This document shows positions 11,519 to 23,500 of a stretch of 48,838 nt of DNA, one piece after another. The stretch is from the NCBI GenBank assembly GCA_032718475.1, contig JAUCBJ010005938.1, forward strand, positions 1 through 48,838. Direction: 5' to 3'. The number at the start of each line of letters is the position of its first letter. Position 1 is the first letter of the stretch. This stretch comes from Nemertoderma westbladi. Taxonomy: Eukaryota > Animalia > Xenacoelomorpha. The notes beneath the pieces are model-generated. The model did not search any database and had not been told where the DNA came from. It worked only from the letters and a program-made list of their open reading frames with translations. A program made the position numbers and the translations under genes.

Positions 11519-14500
11519 CTACAAATAGATATAAGAACAGAATACTAAGGGGATCTCGTTTACACTCACACCAACTTCTGGGATATAGTGTCGTATTCAT
11601 GACTTTCGCTTTACACCAGTTGCACTTATTCTTTAACCCTTTCCTTTTGGTGATTTGTTGGTAGTGATTTATTAGAAAGCCGGTTATGGAAAGCACAAGT
11701 TGGTTTGGTTGAGTCAATTTGGTTGAGAAATAGCTGAGATATGGTAGTTCTAAGGTTGGATGTTTTTGTATCTATGAGAAGCTATTTAATTGTATCACAT
11801 CGTTTTTTTTTAATCTAATTTGTATTAAGAATATTTAAGAATTATAAAGTATTATAATTATTTTATTCTTAATTGTTACTTTTCCGCTCAAACATACCCC
11901 AAAATCGGAAGAAAAATGAGTACACTAGGGAAAACAGTAACCCACTGAATTATAATGATTTTATTATTTTTCACGGGGAAAAAATTAAATGAAATATTTT
12001 TGGTGGAATTTCTTACATTTTATTACATGAGAAAACGAATGTAACTAATTTGAGCAAAATCCATTCAAACACTCAAAAGTTATTGTAACTTTAGTGCCTG
12101 CAAGGCGAACTCCAACAGGGAACTCAATATCCAATATTGGTTTATGTAGTTAAGCGGTTCTCTAGTTACATAATAAATATTCGAGAACACTAAATCATTT
12201 AACATTGAGTAAGGCAGCATCAGGAGTTGAAGAGTACAGTAATTTGAATCGCAGTAACTATGGAAGCAATATAGTACAATACTACAGTTCAATTTATTTT
12301 GTAACACTACTTCTTACTGTACTGTAGTATATTAGAAAAAATGCAGACCATATATTTTTCAATATTCTCTCGACCCATTATTAACCTCGCTAGCGTTCGG
12401 TAAATAAAATGCCTCGAGAATAATGAAAAAAAGTTCTACTTTTTTCCCATTTAATAAATAATTATTTAATGAAGCACCGATTATGTATAAATAAAAATAA
12501 ATATAGGCAGAGACTATACCAGTATACCATATTGGATAAATTGTATTACCTAAAGATTGAATGCGAAACTACAAATTAATTCATCCACATGTAAATAAAT
12601 GAGGTTAAAACTTCCTGTTTCAAATTTCATGCCAGGGGTTTGTTTGGGGGGGTCCGTTCCTTGTCAATGAATTACGACACTATTCCTGTATAGATGGTGG
12701 GTGTAAAATGTATGAACATAATTTATACATATACATTATAATTAATTATTAGTTAATATTATTTATTATAAGACACAATGTGGTCATGGCAACGTAACCT
12801 TATCCAATATTATTGCATCCGCTGAAAATTAATATAGTTATTATAAATAACATACGGAAACAATATCTTATTGAGATACAAAAACTTCAAACAAACATAA
12901 GACACCACCATACATACACACAACCCATCACACTTACACTCTAACTGCACCCAGTAATGGTACGGTACTGCTACGGGGTAAGATCATAAGATAGTTTTAA
13001 TAGAATAGCCAACAAACTAAATGAAATCTCGAGTAGAAAACCGAACAACGTGGCGGTACAGTATAGGACTTATCGACAGAATTAATACCCTGTCCATCCG
13101 CTGGCAGCAGGAACACGGCGCCGTATTCCGGCAGGGCAGGAGACGACCACAATTTGTCGGCTATAATAATTGACTTTCCTTAAAAATTAAAAATAAACGT
13201 CATCATCTTCAAATTAGGATCAAAGTTCAGGAAAAATCAAGTAGTCGATAATCCACTAATAGAAAGCTTTATAGCGTACTATAACGGTATAAGTGTATGA
13301 ATGCTAGAAATATCTACAATTCTGACAGTAAATTTGGATTGAGTTTAACAATACTGAAGTTAAGATCAGTTTTATACATTTGGAGAGGTTTTTATGTGCC
13401 CCTGGTGGTCGGTAGAGAGTTATATGAAAAATATCTACAAGTTGGTTTAAGTCTTTCAATCTGTAAAGAGTTTCAAGGAATGAAATCATCAAGAAAACTT
13501 ATAATTTAACATCACCATATAGAAATATGTTAATTTTAACAGTGAAAATAAGAAAAGTATATAAAAGCTCTATAATAGGCAACAGAAAATGTAACCATAT
13601 TAACCCGCCTACACCATCAAGTAAGAAAGATCAAGTAAGAAATAAGGAAGTAAAGAAAGTTTGTAATGATGATACAGTTTTATAACCTAATTTAATGTAA
13701 TATTAACATACTTGTGTGTGTAAAGTGGGATCAGAACACTATAAATTACTCCAAAATTACAACATTACTTTAAACGTTTGCATATGACATTAAATAATTT
13801 ATTATAAAGGTTAACAAGTACGTGGTACCGGTATAGCTAGGAGGCCTGATTAAGGAGGCCATACTATTGTCTACAGGTCGTGAGGTAACCATGACGACGG
13901 TAAAGCAATTTTCAGTTTCAGGTTGAGTTTTATATTAAAGTTACTCATTTACTAGAACTGTAGGGGCTAAATTACTTCAGTTTTATATTAAAGTTACTCA
14001 CTTACTAGAGCTGTAGGGGCTAAATTACTTCAGTTTTATATTAAAGTTACTCACTTACTAGAACTGTAGGGGCTAAATTACTTCAGTTTTATATTAAAGT
14101 TACTCACTTACTAGAACTGTAGGGGCTAAATTACTTCAGTTTTATATTAAAGTTACTCACTTACTAGAACTGTAGGGGCTAAATTACTTCAGTTTTATAT
14201 TAAAGTTACTCACTTACTAGAACTGTAGGGGCTAAATTACTTCAGTTTTATATTAAAGTTACTCACTTACTAGAACTGTAGGGGCTAAATTACTTCAGTT
14301 TTATATTAAAGTTACTCACTTACTAGAACTGTAGGGGCTAAATTACTTCAGTTATATATTAAAGTTACTCACTTACTAGAACTGTAGGGGCTAAATTACT
14401 TCAGTTTGATATTAAAGTTACTCACTTACTAGAACTGTAGGGGCTAAATTACTTCAGTTTTATATTAAAGTTACTCACTTACTAGAACTGTAGGGGCTAA

Positions 14501-17500
14501 ATTACTTCAGTTTTATATTAAAGTTACTCACTTACTAGAACTGTAGGGGCTAAATTACTTCAGTTTTATATTAAAGTTACTCACTTACTAGAACTGTAGG
14601 GGCTAAATTACTTCAGTTATATATTAAAGTTACTCACTTACTAGAGCTGTAGGGGCTAGATTACTTCAGTTTGATATTAAAGTTACTCACTTACTAGAGC
14701 TGTAGAGGCTAAATTACTTCAGTTTGATATTAAAGTTACTCACTTACTAGAACTGTAGGGGCTAAATTACTTCAGTTTTACAATAAAGTTACTCACTTAC
14801 TAGAACTGTAGGGGCTAAATTACTTCAGTTTTATATTAAAGTTACTCACTTACTAGAACTGTAGGGGCTAAATTACTTCAGTTTTATATTAAAGTTACTC
14901 ACTTACTAGAACTGTAGGGGCTAAATTACTTCAGTTTTATATTAAAGTTACTCACTTACTAGAACTGTAGGGGCTAAATTACTTCAGTTTTATATTAAAG
15001 TTACTCACTTACTAGAGCTGTAGGGGCTAAATTACTTCAGTTTTATATTAAAGTTACTCACTTACTAGAACTGTAGGGGCTAAATTACTTCAGTTTTATA
15101 TTAAAGTTACTCACTTACTAGAACTGTAGGGGCTAAATTACTTCAGTTTTATATTAAAGTTACTCACTTACTAGAACTGTAGGGGCTAAATTACTTCAGT
15201 TTTATATTAAAGTTACTCACTTACTAGAACTGTAGGGGCTAAATTACTTCAGTTTTATATTAAAGTTACTCACTTACTAGAACTGTAGGGGCTAAATTAC
15301 TTCAGTTTTATATTAAAGTTACTCACTTACTAGAACTGTAGGGGCTAAATTACTTCAGTTTTATATTAAAGTTACTCACTTACTAGAACTGTAGGGGCTA
15401 AATTACTTCAGTTTTATATTAAAGTTACTCACTTACTAGAACTGTAGGGGCTAAATTACTTCAGTTTTATATTAAAGTTACTCACTTACTAGAACTGTAG
15501 GGGCTAAATTACTTCAGTTTTATATTAAAGTTACTCACTTACTAGAACTGTAGGGGCTAAATTACTTCAGTTATATATTAAAGTTACTCACTTACTAGAG
15601 CTGTAGGGGCTAGATTACTTCAGTTTGATATTAAAGTTACTCACTTACTAGAACTGTAGGGGCTAAATTACTTCAGTTATATATTAAAGTTACTCACTTA
15701 CTAGAGCTGTAGGGGCTAAATTACTTCAGTTTGATATTAAAGTTACTCACTTACTAGAACTGTAGGGGCTAAATTACTTCAGTTTTATATTAAAGTTACT
15801 CACTTACTAGAACTGTAGGGGCTAAATTACTTCAGTTTTATATTAAAGTTACTCACTTACTAGAACTGTAGGGGCTAAATTACTTCAGTTATATATTAAA
15901 GTTACTCACTTACTAGAGCTGTAGGGGCTAAATTACTTCAGTTTGATATTAAAGTTACTCACTTACTAGAACTGTAGGGGCTAAATTACTTCAGTTTTAT
16001 ATTAAAGTTACTCACTTACTAGAACTGTAGGGGCTAAATTACTTCAGTTTTATATTAAAGTTACTCACTTACTAGAACTGTAGGGGCTAAATTACTTCAG
16101 TTATATATTAAAGTTACTCACTTACTAGAGCTGTAGGGGCTAGATTACTTCAGTTTGATATTAAAGTTACTCACTTACTAGAGCTGTAGAGGCTAAATTA
16201 CTTCAGTTTGATATTAAAGTTACTCACTTACTAGAACTGTAGGGGCTAAATTACTTCAGTTTTACAATAAAGTTACTCACTTACTAGAACTGTAGGGGCT
16301 AAATTACTTCAGTTTTATATTAAAGTTACTCACTTACTAGAACTGTAGGGGCTAAATTACTTCAGTTTTATATTAAAGTTACTCACTTACTAGAACTGTA
16401 GGGGCTAAATTACTTCAGTTTTATATTAAAGTTACTCACTTACTAGAACTGTAGGGGCTAAATTACTTCAGTTTTATATTAAAGTTACTCACTTACTAGA
16501 ACTGTAGGGGCTAAATTACTTCAGTTTTATATTAAAGTTACTCACTTACTAGAACTGTAGGGGCTAAATTACTTCAGTTTTATATTAAAGTTACTCACTT
16601 ACTAGAACTGTAGGGGCTAAATTACTTCAGTTATATATTAAAGTTACTCACTTACTAGAGCTGTAGGGGCTAGATTACTTCAGTTTGATATTAAAGTTAC
16701 TCACTTACTAGAGCTGTAGAGGCTAAATTACTTCAGTTTGATATTAAAGTTACTCACTTACTAGAACTGTAGGGGCTAAATTACTTCAGTTTTACAATAA
16801 AGTTACTCACTTACTAGAGCTGTAGGGGCTAAATTACTTCAGTTTTATATTAAAGTTACTCACTTACTAGAACTGTAGGGGCTAAATTACTTCAGTTTTA
16901 TATTAAAGTTACTCACTTACTAGAACTGTAGGGGCTAAATTACTTCAGTTTTATATTAAAGTTACTCACTTACTAGAACTGTAGGGGCTAAATTACTTCA
17001 GTTTTATATTAAAGTTACTCACTTACTAGAACTGTAGGGGCTAAATTACTTCAGTTTTATATTAAAGTTACTCACTTACTAGAACTGTAGGGGCTAAATT
17101 ACTTCAGTTTTATATTAAAGTTACTCACTTACTAGAACTGTAGGGGCTAAATTACTTCAGTTATATATTAAAGTTACTCACTTACTAGAGCTGTAGGGGC
17201 TAAATTACTTCAGTTTGATATTAAAGTTACTCACTTACTAGAACTGTAGGGGCTAAATTACTTCAGTTTTATATTAAAGTTACTCACTTACTAGAACTGT
17301 AGGGGCTAAATTACTTCAGTTTTATATTAAAGTTACTCACTTACTAGAACTGTAGGGGCTAAATTACTTCAGTTTTATATTAAAGTTACTCACTTACTAG
17401 AACTGTAGGGGCTAAATTACTTCAGTTATATATTAAAGTTACTCACTTACTAGAGCTGTAGGGGCTAGATTACTTCAGTTTGATATTAAAGTTACTCACT

Positions 17501-20500
17501 TACTAGAGCTGTAGAGGCTAAATTACTTCAGTTTGATATTAAAGTTACTCACTTACTAGAACTGTAGGGGCTAAATTACTTCAGTTTTACAATAAAGTTA
17601 CTCACTTACTAGAACTGTAGGGGCTAAATTACTTCAGTTTTATATTAAAGTTACTCACTTACTAGAACTGTAGGGGCTAAATTACTTCAGTTTTATATTA
17701 AAGTTACTCACTTACTAGAACTGTAGGGGCTAAATTACTTCAGTTTTATATTAAAGTTACTCACTTACTAGAACTGTAGGGGCTAAATTACTTCAGTTTT
17801 ATATTAAAGTTACTCACTTACTAGAGCTGTAGGGGCTAAATTACTTCAGTTTTATATTAAAGTTACTCACTTACTAGAACTGTAGGGGCTAAATTACTTC
17901 AGTTTTATATTAAAGTTACTCACTTACTAGAACTGTAGGGGCTAAATTACTTCAGTTTTATATTAAAGTTACTCACTTACTAGAACTGTAGGGGCTAAAT
18001 TACTTCAGTTTTATATTAAAGTTACTCACTTACTAGAACTGTAGGGGCTAAATTACTTCAGTTTTATATTAAAGTTACTCACTTACTAGAACTGTAGGGG
18101 CTAAATTACTTCAGTTTTATATTAAAGTTACTCACTTACTAGAACTGTAGGGGCTAAATTACTTCAGTTTTATATTAAAGTTACTCACTTACTAGAGCTG
18201 TAGGGGCTAAATTACTTCAGTTTTATATTAAAGTTACTCACTTACTAGAACTGTAGGGGCTAAATTACTTCAGTTTTATATTAAAGTTACTCACTTACTA
18301 GAACTGTAGGGGCTAAATTACTTCAGTTTTATATTAAAGTTACTCACTTACTAGAACTGTAGGGGCTAAATTACTTCAGTTTTATATTAAAGTTACTCAC
18401 TTACTAGAACTGTAGGGGCTAAATTACTTCAGTTTTATATTAAAGTTACTCACTTACTAGAACTGTAGGGGCTAAATTACTTCAGTTTTATATTAAAGTT
18501 ACTCACTTACTAGAACTGTAGGGGCTAAATTACTTCAGTTTTATATTAAAGTTACTCACTAACTAGAACTGTAGGGGCTAAATTACTTCAGTTTTATATT
18601 AAAGTTACTCACTTACTAGAACTGTAGGGGCTAAATTACTTCAGTTTTATACTAAAGTTACTCACTTACTAGAGCTTTAGGGGCTAAATTACTTCAGTTT
18701 GATATTAAAGTTACTCACTTACTAGAACTGTAGGGGCTAAATTACTTCAGTTTTATATTAAAGTTACTCACTTACTAGAGCTGTAGGGGCTAAATTACTT
18801 CAGTTTTATATTAAAGTTACTCACTTACTAGAGCTGTAGGGGCTAAATTACTTCAGTTTTATATTAAAGTTACTCACTTACTAGAACTGTAGGGGCTAAA
18901 TTACTTCAGTTTTATATTAAAGTTACTCACTTACTAGAACTGTAGGGGCTAAATTACTTCAGTTTTATATTAAAGTTACTCACTTACTAGAACTGTAGGG
19001 GCTAAATTACTTCAGTTTTATATTAAAGTTACTCACTTACTAGAACTGTAGGGGCTAAATTACTTCAGTTTTATATTAAAGTTACTCACTTACTAGAACT
19101 GTAGGGGCTAAATTACTTCAGTTTTATATTAAAGTTACTCACTTACTAGAACTGTAGGGGCTAAATTACTTCAGTTTTATATTAAAGTTACTCACTTACT
19201 AGAGCTGTGGGGGCTAAATTACTTCAGTTTTATATTAAAGTTACTCACTTACTAGAACTGTAGGGCTGTAGGGGCTAAATTACTTCAGTTTTATATTAAA
19301 GTTACTCACTTACTAGAGCTTTAGGGGCTAAATTACTTCAGTTTTATATTAAAGTTACTCACTTACTAGAACTGTAGGGCTGTAGGGGCTAAATTACTTC
19401 AGTTTTATATTAAAGTTACTCACTTACTAGAGCTTTAGGGGCTAAATTACTTCAGTTTTATATTAAAGTTACTCACTTACTAGAACTGTAGGGGCTAAAT
19501 TACTTCAGTTTTATATTAAAGTTACTCACTTACTAGAGCTGTAGGGGCTAAATTACTTCAGTTTTATATTAAAGTTATGCACTTACTAGAACTGTAGGGG
19601 CTAAATTACTTCAGTTTTATATTAAAGTTACTCACTTACTAGAGCTGTAGGGGCTAAATTACTTCAGTTTTATATTAAAGTTACTCACTTACTAGAACTG
19701 TAGGGGCTAAATTACTTCAGTTTTATATTAAAGTTACTCACTTACTAGAACTGTAGGGGCTAAATTACTTCAGTTTTATATTAAAGTTACTCACTTACTA
19801 GAACTGTAGCGGCTAAATTACTTCAGTTTTATATTAAAGTTACTCACTTACTAGAACTGTAGGGGCTAAATTACTTCAGTTTTATATTAAAGTTACTCAC
19901 TTACTAGAACTGTAGGGGCTAAATTACTTCAGTTTTATATTAAAGTTACTCACTTACTAGAACTGTAGGGGCTAAATTACTTCAGTTTTATATTAAAGTT
20001 ACTCACTTACTAGAACTGTAGGGGCTAAATTACTTCAGTTTTATATTAAAGTTACTCACTTACTAGAACTGTAGGGGCTAAATTACTTCAGTTTTATATT
20101 AAAGTTACTCACTTACTAGAACTGTAGGGGCTAAATTACTTCAGTTTTATATTAAAGTTACTCACTTACTAGAACTGTAGGGGCTAAATTACTTCAGTTT
20201 TATATTAAAGTTACTCACTTACTAGAACTGTAGGGGCTAAATTACTTCAGTTTTATATTAAAGTTACTCACTTACTAGAACTGTAGGGGCTAAATTACTT
20301 CAGTTTTATATTAAAGTTACTCACTTACTAGAACTGTAGGGGCTAAATTACTTCAGTTTTATATTAAAGTTACTCACTTACTAGAACTGTAGGGGCTAAA
20401 TTACTTCAGTTTTATATTAAAGTTACTCACTTACTAGAACTGTAGGGGCTAAATTACTTCAGTTTTATATTAAAGTTACTCACTTAGAACTGTAGGGGCT

Positions 20501-23500
20501 AAATTACTTCAGTTTTATATTAAAGTTACTCACTTAGAACTGTAGGGGCTAAATTACTTCAGTTTTATATTAAAGTTACTCACTTACTAGAACTGTATGG
20601 GCTAAATTACTTCAGTTTTATATTAAAGTTACTCACTTACTAGAACTGTAGGGGCTAAATTACTTCAGTTTTATATTAAAGTTACTCACTTACTAGAACT
20701 GTATGGGCTAAATTACTTCAGTTTTATATTAAAGTTACTCACTTACTAGAACTGTAGGGGCTAAATTACTTCAGTTTTATATTAAAGTTACTCACTTACT
20801 AGAACTGTAGGGGCTAAATTACTTCAGTTTTATATTAAAGTTACTCACTTACTAGAACTGTAGGGGCTAAATTACTTCAGTTTTATATTAAAGTTACTCA
20901 CTTACTAGAACTGTAGGGGCTAAATTACTTCAGTTTTATATTAAAGTTACTCACTTACTAGAACTGTAGGGGCTAAATTACTTCAGTTTTATATTAAAGT
21001 TACTCACTTACTAGAACTGTAGGGGCTAAATTACTTCAGTTTTATATTAAAGTTACTCACTTACTAGAACTGTAGGGGCTAAATTACTTCAGTTTTATAT
21101 TAAAGTTACTCACTTACTAGAACTGAGGGGCTAAATTACTTCAGTTTTATATTAAAGTTACTCACTTACTAGAACTGTAGGGGCTAAATTACTTCAGTTT
21201 TATATTAAAGTTACTCACTTACTAGAACTGTAGGGGCTAAATTACTTCAGTTTTATATTAAAGTTACTCACTTACTAGAACTGTAGGGGCTAAATTACTT
21301 CAGTTTTATATTAAAGTTACTCACTTACTAGAACTGTAGGGGCTAAATTACTTCAGTTTTATATTAAAGTTACTCACTTACTAGAACTGTAGGGGCTAAA
21401 TTACTTCAGTTTTATATTAAAGTTACTCACTTAATAGAACTGTAGAGGCTAAATTACTTCAGTTTTATATTAAAGTTACTCACTTACTAGAACTGTAGAG
21501 GCTAAATTACTTCAGTTTTATATTAAAGTTACTCACTTACTAGAACTGTAGGGGCTAAATTACTTCAGTTTTATATTAAAGTTACTCACTTACTAGAACT
21601 GTAGAGGCTAAATTACTTCAGTTTTATATTAAAGTTACTCACTTACTAGAACTGTAGGGGCTAAATTACTTCAGTTTTATATTAAAGTTACTCACTTACT
21701 AGAACTGTATGGGCTAAATTACTTCAGTTTTATATTAAAGTTACTCACTTACTAGAACTGTAGGGGCTAAATTACTTCAGTTTTATATTAAAGTTACTCA
21801 CTTACTAGAACTGTAGGGGCTAAATTACTTCAGTTTTATATTAAAGTTACTCACTTACTAGAACTGTAGAGGCTAAATTACTTCAGTTTTATATTAAAGT
21901 TACTCACTTACTAGAACTGTAGGGGCTAAATTACTTCAGTTTTATATTAAAGTTACTCACTTACTAGAACTGTAGGGGCTAAATTACTTCAGTTTTATAT
22001 TAAAGTTACTCACTTACTAGAACTGTATGGGCTAAATTACTTCAGTTTTATATTAAAGTTACTCACTTACTAGAACTGTAGGGGCTAAATTACTTCAGTT
22101 TTATATTAAAGTTACTCACTTACTAGAGCTGTAGGGGCTAAATTACTTCAGTTTTATATTAAAGTTACTCACTTACTAGAACTGTAGGGGCTAAATTACT
22201 TCAGTTTTATATTAAAGTTACTCACTTACTATAGAACTGTAGGGGCTAAATTACTTCAGTTTTATATTAAAGTTACTCACTTACTAGAACTGTAGGGGCT
22301 AAATTACTTCAGTTTTATATTAAAGTTACTCACTTACTAGAATTGTAGGGGCTAAATTACTTCAGTTTTATATTAAAGTTACTCACTTACTAGAATTGTA
22401 GGGGCTAAATTACTTCAGTTTTATATTAAAGTTACTCACTTACTATAGAACTGTAGAGGCTAAATTACTTCAGTTTTATATTAAAGTTACTCACTTACTA
22501 GAACTGTAGGGGCTAAATTACTTCAGTTTTATATTAAAGTTACTCACTTACTATAGAACTGTAGGGGCTAAATTACTTCAGTTTTATATTAAAGTTACTC
22601 ACTTACTAGAACTGTAGGGGCTAAATTACTTCAGTTTTATATTAAAGTTACTCACTTACTATAGAACTGTAGGGGCTAAATTACTTCAGTTTTATATTAA
22701 AGTTACTCACTTACTAGAACTGTAGGGGCTAAATTACTTCAGTTTTATATTAAAGTTACTCACTTACTATAGAACTGTAGGGGCTAAATTACTTCAGTTT
22801 TATATTAAAGTTACTCACTTACTAGAACTGTAGGGGCTAAATTACTTCAGTTTTATATTAAAGTTACTCACTTACTATAGAACTGTAGGGGCTAAATTAC
22901 TTCAGTTTTATATTAAAGTTACTCACTTACTAGAACTGTAGGGGCTAAATTACTTCAGTTTTATATTAAAGTTACTCACTTACTAGAACTGTAGGGGCTA
23001 AATTACTTCACATTGAATATGAAGTTGCATAATGTTATGTTGTCATTTCAGTTGTAATTAATGTTCTATAACTACATTGTCAATTCTTAGGCGTTAAGTA
23101 ATGTTGAAATTTTAGAATAAAATTATTTTACTATTGACAAGAATTATAATTTTAGTCACGAATTGTACAAAGCCGAATACTCAAGTGACATTCAAGAACA
23201 GCACACTCAAGTGACACTCATGAACACACTCAAGTTATATTCAAGAACAACACATTCAAGTGGCATTCAAGGACAACACACTCAAGTGACATTCATGATG
23301 AACACACTCAAGTGATATTCAAGAACAACATATTCAAGTGGCATTCAATAACAGCACACTCAAGTGACATTCATGAACACACTCAAGTGATATTCATGAA
23401 CACAATACACTCAAGTGACATTCAAGAACAACATATTCAAGTGGCATTCAATAACATCACACTCAAGTGACACTCATGAACACACTCAAGTGATATTCAA

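Noticed and set aside
8882-11548. Overlapping antisense or alternative-frame ORFs
   Set aside because: Shadows of the GC-rich SLC4 coding sequence with no recognisable motifs.
13927-23010. CRISPR array or telomeric repeat
   Set aside because: Head-to-tail 53-bp units with no unique spacers, no cas genes, a eukaryotic context, and not a short telomeric unit.
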